64,000 nucleotides of DNA, taken from assembly GCF_019416685.1 (NCBI RefSeq), contig NZ_DXWV01000071.1. The stretch is one strand, 5' to 3'. The notes beneath the pieces are model-generated. The model ran no database searches, was not told the DNA's origin, and saw only the letters and a program-made list of their open reading frames with translations. Position 1 is the first letter of the stretch, and the number at the start of each line of letters is the position of its first letter. Source of the stretch: Bacteroides sp. GTDB lineage: Bacteria > Bacteroidota > Bacteroidia > Bacteroidales > Bacteroidaceae. Made by a program: the position numbers and the translations under genes. Positions 52,918-61,669 of the stretch are shown piece after piece.

Positions 52918-53343
52918 ATGAAAACAAGCGAATCAGCGAAACAAGCTATTGGTACTTTTGAAGGTCTGAAATTAGAAGCGTATAAATGCCCATCGGGTAT
53001 TTGGACTATTGGATACGGTCATACTAAAGGTGTATATGGTGGGATGCGGATTACTAAGGAACAGGCGTTAACCTTTCTTTCTTTGGATTTGGCAGACGTT
53101 GAAAGAAATCTCAATGTACAATTTCCTTCTATCAGCCAAAATAAATTTGATGCTTTGATAAGCTTTTCCTTTAATATCGGGATTCGGGCATTCAATACTT
53201 CTACCCTATATAGAAAGGCTAAGGCTAACATAGATGATCCTTCTATCCGTACGGAGTTTATGAAGTGGGTACACAGCAAAGGGCGGGTATTGCCAGGACT
53301 GGTTAGTCGTCGAACTTGGGAAGCAAACCTTTATTTTTCTTAG
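52918..53343 (+). CDS. GH24 phage lysozyme (endolysin)
   Basis: FEGLKLEAYKCPSGIWTIGYGHT (catalytic Glu context) ... FDALISFSFNIG ... RRTWEANLY. 141 aa. Confidence 0.88.
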   Translation: MKTSESAKQAIGTFEGLKLEAYKCPSGIWTIGYGHTKGVYGGMRITKEQALTFLSLDLADVERNLNVQFPSISQNKFDALISFSFNIGIRAFNTSTLYRKAKANIDDPSIRTEFMKWVHSKGRVLPGLVSRRTWEANLYFS

Positions 53344-53345
53344 TC

Positions 53346-53789
53346 ATGGTAGATTTACAAGAATATGAGGACTATTGGAACGGCATTTGTGAGCGGATTC
53401 CAGAAATAAAGAAGGTTGTTCCGGCCACATTCGATCCGGATATGGGGAATCTTGTACAGGGGCTTAAGCCGGATGAACTTCCGGCCTTGTTTTTTATCAT
53501 CCCCAATGCACAAGGGAAAAGTAGGGACGTGGATAATCTTTCGGAATCCAACCTTTGTGTTATCTTGATAATGGATAAGACAGATCCACAGCGAAAGAAA
53601 GCATATCAGGTGCAGAAGGAAACGCAACCAGTAGTGGAGAAGATAAAGGCACAGTTGCAGAAGGATAAGGCGGCTGGATGCCATTTATTTAGAGATTTGG
53701 ATTTATCCAGTCTGTCAACAATCCCGGAAGCCGGGTTTTATTCTGTCTTTGCCGGTTGGAGTGTAGGTTTTCAATTTGATACGGAATGA
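53346..53789 (+). CDS. Hypothetical protein (147 aa), head-tail region
   Basis: The ATG at 53346 lies directly after the lysozyme stop codon. Confidence 0.55.
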   Translation: MVDLQEYEDYWNGICERIPEIKKVVPATFDPDMGNLVQGLKPDELPALFFIIPNAQGKSRDVDNLSESNLCVILIMDKTDPQRKKAYQVQKETQPVVEKIKAQLQKDKAAGCHLFRDLDLSSLSTIPEAGFYSVFAGWSVGFQFDTE

Positions 53790-54232
53790 ATGAGGATATC
53801 ATAAAGCAGGAGTTTATACGGGAGAAAGTCGAAAAGGATATACGGGCAATATTTGAAGCACAACTTCTGATTGCTCGTGAACGTGTATATACTCGTACCA
53901 GATATTCCAAAGAAGGAAGAAGTTTCTATCAGGAACAGGGTTTTGGTACAACACTTGATCGCGATAGCCTTCTTCTGAAAGCGCTGGAATCCCCGCAATA
54001 TAAAATTGAAGCATCCGGCAATGGCATAATTTCCACTTCTAATATTCCTTTGTATATGCGTTTTATGGATATGAAGCGAGTAGGGAACTGGCAGATATAT
54101 AATAGGCAGGTTTGGGGGATACTTTATAATAATACGATAAATGCCGTTCGTTATGAGTATGGAAAGCAGGTACGGGATCAGATTTATGAAAGGCTGAATG
54201 AAGCTTTTTCCGGTACAACAACGCAAATCTAA
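53786..54232 (+). CDS. Hypothetical protein (148 aa), head-tail region
   Basis: ATGA overlap with the upstream gene. Confidence 0.55.
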   Translation: MNEDIIKQEFIREKVEKDIRAIFEAQLLIARERVYTRTRYSKEGRSFYQEQGFGTTLDRDSLLLKALESPQYKIEASGNGIISTSNIPLYMRFMDMKRVGNWQIYNRQVWGILYNNTINAVRYEYGKQVRDQIYERLNEAFSGTTTQI

Positions 54233-54651
54233 AAATGATGAATATTTGTGCTCAACTACGGTGCTGAGCACCGCAGTTGGCATTGAATTAAAATTCAACC
54301 GCGGTTATGATAAACCTCAGTTGCCGTCAATTGGAAATAGAGGGAAATATTCTAGTGTAACTAACCGTTAATAAATCTTTAAATAATGGTGATTTTCGTT
54401 TTTAAAACCTTTAGTAATAAAAAACATACTGCGTCATTTCTCATAAATGCTTCTACTTTCGTCTGAAAGCTGGCGACCATAATTTCTTAGAAATATACTC
54501 TGTTATTCTATAATATTAGTATGTTTTTTCTGATTTGTTACTATGTGTATATTAAAACTTAGTTAAATAGTTAATTAAATAATTGATAATCAGGTATTTG
54601 TAATGCATTTGTGCTGTATTTATATTAAGTATTAATTTAACAACTAAGAAA

Positions 54652-55200
54652 ATGGAAACAAAAATTTGTATTTTTAAGGAGAATCCAATCACTTTTGCAT
54701 TGGATAAAAACAATGGAATGATGGTTAATGCTACTGAAATGGCAAAAGCATTTGAAAAGGATTTGTATCAATTTACCAAAAGCGAGGACACTAAAAGATT
54801 TATTGAAGCTTGTCAAAAACCTGCAAATGCAGGTTTATTAGGAATCGTTAACGAATCCGATTTAATCGTTTCACGTCAGAAGTCAGGTACGTATATGCAT
54901 CGTGTCCTAGCATTAAAATTTGCCTCTTGGTTAAATCCTGATTTTGAACTATGGGTATATTCCACCATCGAACGAATTCTGTTCGGGAAGCACGCGCAGC
55001 GCGAGGAATCTTTGGAGCGTTCTTTGAATTACCAAACTGAGTCTAAAAAGTTACGGGATAAACCCAATAAGACTGGGGTGGACTTCGAACGCTATCTTGA
55101 ATTGGATAAGGAATTGAAGCGCGAAAAGGCTATACGTAAATCATTGACAGCAGAAGCCGTTACAGAGATGAAAAGTCTTTTTGAAGAGGATGAAGAGTAA
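54652..55200 (+). CDS. KilA-N domain protein
   Basis: FALDKNNGMMVNATEMAKAF ... GTYMHRVLALKFASWLNPDFELWVYSTIERIL, followed by a charged coiled-coil tail. Confidence 0.75.
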   Translation: METKICIFKENPITFALDKNNGMMVNATEMAKAFEKDLYQFTKSEDTKRFIEACQKPANAGLLGIVNESDLIVSRQKSGTYMHRVLALKFASWLNPDFELWVYSTIERILFGKHAQREESLERSLNYQTESKKLRDKPNKTGVDFERYLELDKELKREKAIRKSLTAEAVTEMKSLFEEDEE

Positions 55201-55212
55201 TTAAAAGAAAAA

Positions 55213-55242
55213 CAGCCGTGAGAATACAGACTCACGGCTGGA
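55213..55242 (+). terminator. Hairpin after the KilA-N gene
   Basis: CAGCCGTGAG / CTCACGGCTG 10-bp stem with an 8-nt loop. There is an A-run upstream and no clear T-run downstream. Confidence 0.4.
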
Positions 55243-55369
55243 TATGATATATTGTTTCCATAATTTCAATATCTATTCCTATTTATAGGGATGGAACTAA
55301 AAGTCTTATTCTTTATTGAGTAAGACTTTTTTTTCTTTACCTTTGTTGAAACTTTAAAATTAAGACGCA

Positions 55370-55699
55370 ATGAAAAAATTATTGCTTGCATTTCTTGCTA
55401 TTATAATGTTGGGATGTAGTAAAGATGATAATAGTACAAATTGTTGGGTATTTGAAACTAAACAAAAAACTTCGATTTCTCCTTCGATGAAAGGGTATCC
55501 TAAATATGTGACATCTAGGACTACTCAGTGCGACTTGACGGAAGAGCAAGCGAAAGAAGTAGTCACTAAACTTACAACAACTACTAAATCGAAATCTAAT
55601 GGATATACAATAACAGTAAGTACTACAGTGAGATATTGGAGAGAAGGAAATGAACCTGATATTCCGCAAGGGGAAATAGTTGTAAACCCGGTAGATTAA
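55370..55699 (+). CDS. Small lipoprotein (109 aa)
   Basis: Lipobox AIIMLGCSKDD. Thr/Lys-rich mature part. Confidence 0.65.
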   Translation: MKKLLLAFLAIIMLGCSKDDNSTNCWVFETKQKTSISPSMKGYPKYVTSRTTQCDLTEEQAKEVVTKLTTTTKSKSNGYTITVSTTVRYWREGNEPDIPQGEIVVNPVD

Positions 55700-55748
55700 T
55701 AATCTTTTGATGATTTGATTTACTATGTTTCTTTAATGTGAATTAGAT

Positions 55749-56159
55749 ATGGAAAACAAAGTCTGGATTAATAAATATTTAGGAATAACATCTATAGATG
55801 TCGAAAATGAAACTGATTCAAGCAAAATACTTGAATGGTATGAATCTTTGTTAGAGAAAAACAGACAATTGAAAGGTAGAAAGAAAATTCGATATAAGGA
55901 GTTCCTAGAAACAAAGTCAGAAGAGTCTGAAAGAGCCTATATACATATTTCAGACCTAATAAATGATAATAAGTCTTTTTTGTCTATTCTATATAAAAAA
56001 AGAAACAACTTTAAGATAGAAAGGTCATTAACTCATTCTATGCATTTTGAGGAATTAAAATGTTTTAGGCAAATTGCGAAACGAGCGCTTTCGGAGGAAT
56101 TGTATGAGCATATAAAAATGAAGGCTAGGCGCATGGCAGAAGAAAATTTATCGGAATAA
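55749..56159 (+). CDS. Hypothetical protein (136 aa)
   Basis: AT-rich ORF. No motif recognised. Confidence 0.55.
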   Translation: MENKVWINKYLGITSIDVENETDSSKILEWYESLLEKNRQLKGRKKIRYKEFLETKSEESERAYIHISDLINDNKSFLSILYKKRNNFKIERSLTHSMHFEELKCFRQIAKRALSEELYEHIKMKARRMAEENLSE

Positions 56160-56183
56160 GTTGTTCGTATAAAATATTATCCA

Positions 56184-56191
56184 TATATTTG
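56184..56191 (+). promoter_or_regulatory. TAnnTTTG -7 promoter motif upstream of the tail operon leader
   Basis: TATATTTG, with the context TTTGTAGTGCGAAATTCA similar to 38140-38155. Confidence 0.35.
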
Positions 56192-56232
56192 TAGTGCGAA
56201 ATTCATTTTGATTATGGAGTAATAGTAATATT

Positions 56233-56256
56233 GCCCATTTACATAGGGCTTTTTTT
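56233..56256 (+). terminator. Short terminator-like hairpin plus T7 run within the leader
   Basis: GCCC...GGGC stem followed by TTTTTTT, about 45 nt downstream of the promoter motif. Confidence 0.35.
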
Positions 56257-56327
56257 ATGTCCTATTATTAACTTATTTATATAGGCGGTTGCCTTTCCCT
56301 GTTTCTTTGTGGAGTTACTCCATTCAA

Positions 56328-56401
56328 GATGAGTTTCGCAGCTTAGGGAAATGGCAGCCGTTCTTGCTACAAAGAAAACTAGCCTTAATGCGAAACTCAT
56401 C
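56328..56401 (+). ncRNA. 74-nt stem-loop leader ending 5 nt before the ATG at 56407
   Basis: Perfect 13-bp stem GATGAGTTTCGCA / TGCGAAACTCATC, extended by about 6 more pairs after a 2-nt bulge. Confidence 0.4.
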
Positions 56402-56406
56402 AGTAT

Positions 56407-56640
56407 ATGAAAAAACAACTCACCGGCACAAACTACGTGCCTTCGTTCCGTACACAATCGGATACCAATACGCTCATGGAGCGTTATTTCCGTAGTCTTT
56501 CAGACTGCGAAGTGAAAACATCCTCGGATGCCTACTACGTCTCGGCAATTGCTTGCTTCTGTCTTACCTTCATCTTTCCGCCATGTATCATCATGGCTGG
56601 GTATTGCGTACATAAAGCCAGGAAAGGAGGAAAGAAGTAA
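56407..56640 (+). CDS. Small protein with C-terminal TM helix (77 aa)
   Basis: AIACFCLTFIFPPCIIMAGYCV followed by a basic tail. TAATG coupling to the next gene. Confidence 0.5.
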   Translation: MKKQLTGTNYVPSFRTQSDTNTLMERYFRSLSDCEVKTSSDAYYVSAIACFCLTFIFPPCIIMAGYCVHKARKGGKK

Positions 56641-56999
56641 TGAAAACTTTCCAATTTACCAAAGAACAATCCTTGTTGATTGATGAAATGAATAAGGATA
56701 TGAATGAGATGACGACTATCCGGAAACGTATCAGTCAGACTCATAGTAAGTTGCTTGATATCCTTCATGCTCATGAGGGTGATATCGTGGAAGTGAGATA
56801 CAGTGATCCTAAAACAAAGGAAGAATTTACGGATATCTTCGTTGTCGGGTGGATTTCGGTATACGCTAAAACAAAAGAAGTTTCCGGTCTTTTTTATCCA
56901 TTAAACAAAAGTGGTAAACCTTCTAAGAAGCTTAAAAGTTTAAATGGTATTACATCCATTAAAGTAATCCAGAAAGGGGGACAGAATGGAAACGCTTAA
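56640..56999 (+). CDS. Hypothetical protein, tail assembly chaperone candidate (119 aa)
   Basis: Located upstream of the tape measure gene. The call is positional only. Confidence 0.4.
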   Translation: MKTFQFTKEQSLLIDEMNKDMNEMTTIRKRISQTHSKLLDILHAHEGDIVEVRYSDPKTKEEFTDIFVVGWISVYAKTKEVSGLFYPLNKSGKPSKKLKSLNGITSIKVIQKGGQNGNA

Positions 57000-57231
57000 T
57001 ATCAATACCGTAATAATAGACCAACAGGTTCTGGATGCCCTGAAAGATTATCAGGAAGACGGAGCTAAATTAGACTGTCAAACACTGGAAAAGACTATTG
57101 ATTATCTCTTTAGTGTTTCCGAAATGAATGGCTATACCGGTGATATGGATGGAAGTGGTATGTTAAAACTCATATACAGCCTTCGACAGATGAAGGGTAA
57201 CTTAATGAAATTATTGCCGGAAGATAAATAG
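56986..57231 (+). CDS. Hypothetical acidic protein, second chaperone candidate (81 aa)
   Basis: Overlaps the upstream ORF by 14 nt in the +1 frame. Positional call only. Confidence 0.4.
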   Translation: METLNINTVIIDQQVLDALKDYQEDGAKLDCQTLEKTIDYLFSVSEMNGYTGDMDGSGMLKLIYSLRQMKGNLMKLLPEDK

Positions 57232-57271
57232 TTGAAATAATTTCACTATTTTTGTTTCAAATGAAAATGCC

Positions 57272-57454
57272 ATGGACGCTGGATTCTTCTATATTATCGG
57301 TGCTATTTATTCATTGGTTCTTATCGCTTATGTATTCATATACCCGCCTAAGAACTTCGAAGAATGGTTTGTCTTTATCGGGATGTGTTGCATAATGACT
57401 CCATTCATAGGAATACCGGTTTGGATCAACATGAAAAAGCATCCTAGGATATAG
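57272..57454 (+). CDS. Small two-TM membrane protein (60 aa)
   Basis: Two hydrophobic helices (FFYIIGAIYSLVLIAYVFIY and FVFIGMCCIMTPFIGIPVWI). Confidence 0.45.
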   Translation: MDAGFFYIIGAIYSLVLIAYVFIYPPKNFEEWFVFIGMCCIMTPFIGIPVWINMKKHPRI

Positions 57455-57517
57455 ATTTGTGTCCTTTACTACCTTATTATCCGGTTGTAGTTTTGTCTAT
57501 CATTATTTTAAGACGAT

Positions 57518-60500
57518 ATGGCAAAGTTACAACCGGATTATATTACATGGGTGTTATCTCTTAACGCCAATGATTTACAGAAAGAAATTCATAGTCTCCA
57601 TGAATCAACCAAGAAGCTAAAGGATGATAATAAGGGACTTCGTAAGGAGATGGCCGATCTTGTTATGCAAGGGAAAGCCGGTGGCGAGGAATGGAAGAAT
57701 CTGAATAAACAGATACTGGAAAATTCTAAGACGATTCGTGAGAATAATACCAAAATTGCGGAATGTGAAAAGAGACTGGATAAAACAACTATGTCCGCCA
57801 GTCAGTTGAGCAAAAAAGCTAAAGAATTGTCTCGTGAACTAAGCAATACGGTAAAATCTCTGGAACCGGAAAAATATGCCGCTTTAGAAAAGGAATTGAA
57901 AGCGGTAACTGAACAGATGGATAGGAATCGGGCAAGTGCCGGAGGGCTATTTCAGACTTTTTCTTCTTTCAGTAAATTAAAATCGGCGATTGCAGGTATC
58001 TTTGTCGGATTCGGGCAAATGATTGGGCAGACCTTTTTGGGAGCTATACGCCAATTCCAAAACACAATTAAAGACTTTGAATTTGCTAATGCCAATTTAG
58101 CCGCTATTCTAGGAACTACTAGGGATAAAATCACTGACTTGACAGAAGATGCCAAGCGTTTGGGAGCAGCAACCAAGTATACAGCGTCAGAAGTAACGAA
58201 TCTGCAAACTGAACTGGCTAAACTAGGCTTTAACAAGCAGGAAATTTTGGAAGCCACTCAATACGTCTTAAGGTTTGCCGGTGCCACTGGTGCCGAGTTA
58301 CCGGAAGCGGCTAAATTAGCCGGAGCCGCAATCAGAGCTTTCGGATTGGAAACAACAGACACCGAACGCGTTGTTTCTGCTATGGCAATTGCTACAACAC
58401 GTAGCGCTATGGATTTTGGCTATTTACAGACGGCTTTATCTACAGTAGCTCCGGTTGCACAAGCTTTTGGCTTTACGATTGAGGATACGATGTCATTGCT
58501 AGGGACATTGGCGAATGCGGGATTTGATGCTTCTTCGGCGGCTACTGCTACTAGAAACATTCTGTTAAACCTTGCTGACTCGTCAGGCAAACTGGCGGTT
58601 GCTTTAGGGCGTCCGATAACATCACTTGAAGAGTTGGCACCTGCATTAAAGGAACTGGATGAAGAAGGGATTGATCTGGCAAAAACGTTGGAACTAACGG
58701 ATAAACGAAGTGTGGCTGCATTTAACGCTTTTCTTACCGGTGCCAATAAACTTATTCCTTTACGAGATGCTGTAACAGATGTTGGGGATGAACTGAAAGC
58801 CATGAGCGACGAAAAAATGAATACAGTTCAGGGAAGCATCAAGATCATGGAGAGTGCCATAGAAGGGCTTATCTTGAAGTTCTACGAATCTAGGGGGGTA
58901 ATGAAACTTGTTATTGATGCTTTTACCGGACTAATAAATGGGATTAGTTGGTGTATTGATAAATTTGCTCAATATCGGGCGATATTGCTTCCAGTGATAA
59001 CAGCTTTAAGTACTTATTGGGCTACAACAAAATTAGTTGTAGCTTGGAATACAAAGGCTGTTGCCGGTACTGCGGCTAATATAGCGATTGAGAAGTTACA
59101 CGCTATACAATTGGCTTTTTCCCGCAAAGCTTTGTTAGCAAAGTTGATAGCTTTAGACTTGTATAAGGGGCGTTGTAGTATTGCAACGGCTGTAACGGAA
59201 ATGTTTAATCTTGTATTGAAGGCTTCTCCAATAGGAGTTGTTGCTGCTTTGATAACTGTGGCTGCCACGGCTATGTATCTGTTTGGAAACAAGACATCTG
59301 TAGCTGATAAGTCAATATCCGAGTTAAATAAAAAACTTGAAACAGAACGTGCTTCTCTCAATGAAATTTTTAAAGAATTAAAAAAGACAAACCCTGGGAC
59401 ATCGGAACGTAGTCGATTGGTGAAAGAATTGAATGATAAGTATGGCTATTTAATTGGAAACTACGATTTGGAAACTGCCAAACTGCAAGAAATAACCCGT
59501 GCACAGAATGATGCTAATACTGCTTTGACCAATCGAATTGCTAATGAGATGAGATCACAGTCTGTTTCTGAATATGTCAAAAATAGAGTTTCCGCCCAAA
59601 TTGACACGGAGGAGCGGCTCTTGAAAATGATGCGTTCTTCGATGTCAGTTGATGTCTTTGATAAATTAAAACCGGCAATGACTACTTTTTTGCAGGACTC
59701 TACAAAAACATTAGAAGATTTTACTCACCAATTTGGAAAATATGCGGATATGAGCATTAGCAAACAAGTGGAGTTTACTGCTTTTTTTAAAGCAATGCGT
59801 TCTGACCAAAAAAGCTATTCATTGGGTATTGATGAAATCAATAAGAAATATGAACCATATATTAAGTCGATAAAAGCTGCTACAACTTCCTCACAGGAGG
59901 AATTAAAAGTACAGGTAGAAGCGACTTCGAAAATAAAACAACTTGAAGATAGGAAAAAAGAAGTACAAGAAACCTGGAAGGAGGATACTAAAAAAAATAT
60001 CCGACTGAAAAATCAAGAGTTGGAGCGGATTGATACCGAGATTAGAAAACTTAGAGAACTAGGTACAGCAAAGGCTGCTTCTGATGCTGAAAATGCGAAT
60101 AACAAACAAAAGGAAAAAGAGAGAAAAGAGCTTCTTGAATCAGAAAAAAAACAAATTCAATCATTAGAAAACCTTCGCAAAGAAGATTTACAGAAACAAC
60201 AAAGAAGTTATAATTCTGCATTGAACGGCTATCGCCTTATGTTAAGTAATAAGACGATAAGCCAATCTCAATTTGACATTTATACAGCAACATTGGCTTT
60301 GAACAATGCAGAAACGCTACTTAGCATTGAAGAAAAGTATTATCAGCAATCTAATGAATTAGTAGTCACCAATGAAGAGCTTAAGGCTAAAGCCGTTGGA
60401 GAAGCTGACAAAAGAGTGGCGGATGCAGAGCAAAAGACGTTTGATGCCAGATTAAAAACTGAAAAAGATTATTATGATAACCTGCAAACGATGAGGGATA

Positions 60501-61669
60501 TGTTGCAGGAATCTACAGATAATCCGGAAGACCGATTGAAAGCTGAATATGACGCTCAATTAGCCTTGCTTAAAGGGCTCTATGAAACATCATTGAATTA
60601 CGCAAAAAAGAATGGGAAGGATGAAGTTGAAGTTGAACGAATTTACACTGATGCCAAAGAACTCTTATTAAAGAAGTATTATAAGGCCAAAGCTGATTTA
60701 GCTAAAAAGTCCAAAGGTGAACTAAAGGGAATTATAGGTAATGAACTATCAGAGGATGTTGCTGATATCTTTAATGCCATAAGTAAGTTGAAAGATATTT
60801 TCAAGAATTTTTCCGATCCTGAATTCTGGGAAAAATTTAAAGGGGATATTTTAGAGAATATGGGAGCTTTGGTTAATGCTGTAACATCTGGACTTAGTTC
60901 TGCTTTTAGTACTTTTAAGCAAATAGAGAAAGATAATGTTGAAGCTAAATACAACGCAGAAATAGCGGCTGCGGAAGGTAATTCAGAGGAAATAGAACGA
61001 CTGGAGCAGGAAAAGGCACAGAAGAAACTGGATATTGAGAAAAAATATGCAGATATACAATTTGCAATTAAAGCTTCCGAAATTATTGCTAATACAGCTT
61101 TGGCAATAGTAATGGCTTTAGGACAATTAGGGCCAATTGCCGGCCCTATTGCTGCCGGATTAATGGGGGCAATAGGTGCTGTCCAACTTGCCGCTGCCAA
61201 TGCGGAACGCCAAAAGGTTAAAAGTATGACATTAAATAATACTAGCAGTTCTTCTGCAAGTGGCGAAAGGGTCGTTAATTCTCCGGGAGGGTATGATGAA
61301 GGCGGATACACCGGTGATGGTGGGCGCTATGAAATAGCTGGTGCAGTTCATCGCGGGGAGTATGTTGTTCCAGTACCGGAAATGAAGAATAAAAGGGTGG
61401 TCAATATGGTTAAGGTGATTGAGAGCATACGCCGACAACGTACTACTGCAAATCCATTGCCCGGCTATTATGAAGGCGGTCATGTGGAAGACAGAATTGA
61501 TACGCAAGTAGAATCACCTTCAAAACTTGATAAAGCTGCTGAACGGTTGGAAGCGGCGGCAAACCGATTGTCTCAACCGCTTAAGTCTTATGTTCTTTTA
61601 TCCGATATCAATGATGCAGAGGAAATTAAATATAAGTCAGAAAAACCATTTACAAGGGGGGATAACTAA
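57518..61669 (+). CDS. Tail tape measure protein
   Basis: 1383 aa. Long coiled-coil stretches, a central Ala/Gly-rich hydrophobic TMP core (FAGATGAELPEAAKLAGAAIRAFGL..., hydrophobic helices around aa 480-590), and a Gly-rich C-terminus (GGYDEGGYTGDGGRYEIAGAVHRGEYVVP). Confidence 0.88.
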   Translation: MAKLQPDYITWVLSLNANDLQKEIHSLHESTKKLKDDNKGLRKEMADLVMQGKAGGEEWKNLNKQILENSKTIRENNTKIAECEKRLDKTTMSASQLSKKAKELSRELSNTVKSLEPEKYAALEKELKAVTEQMDRNRASAGGLFQTFSSFSKLKSAIAGIFVGFGQMIGQTFLGAIRQFQNTIKDFEFANANLAAILGTTRDKITDLTEDAKRLGAATKYTASEVTNLQTELAKLGFNKQEILEATQYVLRFAGATGAELPEAAKLAGAAIRAFGLETTDTERVVSAMAIATTRSAMDFGYLQTALSTVAPVAQAFGFTIEDTMSLLGTLANAGFDASSAATATRNILLNLADSSGKLAVALGRPITSLEELAPALKELDEEGIDLAKTLELTDKRSVAAFNAFLTGANKLIPLRDAVTDVGDELKAMSDEKMNTVQGSIKIMESAIEGLILKFYESRGVMKLVIDAFTGLINGISWCIDKFAQYRAILLPVITALSTYWATTKLVVAWNTKAVAGTAANIAIEKLHAIQLAFSRKALLAKLIALDLYKGRCSIATAVTEMFNLVLKASPIGVVAALITVAATAMYLFGNKTSVADKSISELNKKLETERASLNEIFKELKKTNPGTSERSRLVKELNDKYGYLIGNYDLETAKLQEITRAQNDANTALTNRIANEMRSQSVSEYVKNRVSAQIDTEERLLKMMRSSMSVDVFDKLKPAMTTFLQDSTKTLEDFTHQFGKYADMSISKQVEFTAFFKAMRSDQKSYSLGIDEINKKYEPYIKSIKAATTSSQEELKVQVEATSKIKQLEDRKKEVQETWKEDTKKNIRLKNQELERIDTEIRKLRELGTAKAASDAENANNKQKEKERKELLESEKKQIQSLENLRKEDLQKQQRSYNSALNGYRLMLSNKTISQSQFDIYTATLALNNAETLLSIEEKYYQQSNELVVTNEELKAKAVGEADKRVADAEQKTFDARLKTEKDYYDNLQTMRDMLQESTDNPEDRLKAEYDAQLALLKGLYETSLNYAKKNGKDEVEVERIYTDAKELLLKKYYKAKADLAKKSKGELKGIIGNELSEDVADIFNAISKLKDIFKNFSDPEFWEKFKGDILENMGALVNAVTSGLSSAFSTFKQIEKDNVEAKYNAEIAAAEGNSEEIERLEQEKAQKKLDIEKKYADIQFAIKASEIIANTALAIVMALGQLGPIAGPIAAGLMGAIGAVQLAAANAERQKVKSMTLNNTSSSSASGERVVNSPGGYDEGGYTGDGGRYEIAGAVHRGEYVVPVPEMKNKRVVNMVKVIESIRRQRTTANPLPGYYEGGHVEDRIDTQVESPSKLDKAAERLEAAANRLSQPLKSYVLLSDINDAEEIKYKSEKPFTRGDN

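Noticed and set aside
60679-61311. Long antisense ORFs inside the tape measure gene, such as the 210-aa ORF here. The same applies to 57952..58257, 58420..58803 and 59014..59361, and to 41801..42298 and 42320..42655 (antisense to the capsid candidate and the downstream gene, 42320..42655 also spanning the spacer between them).
   Set aside because: They have Ala/Ser/Leu-rich low-complexity translations, typical of the reverse frame of coiled-coil or Ala-rich genes. They are fully nested within strong forward genes.
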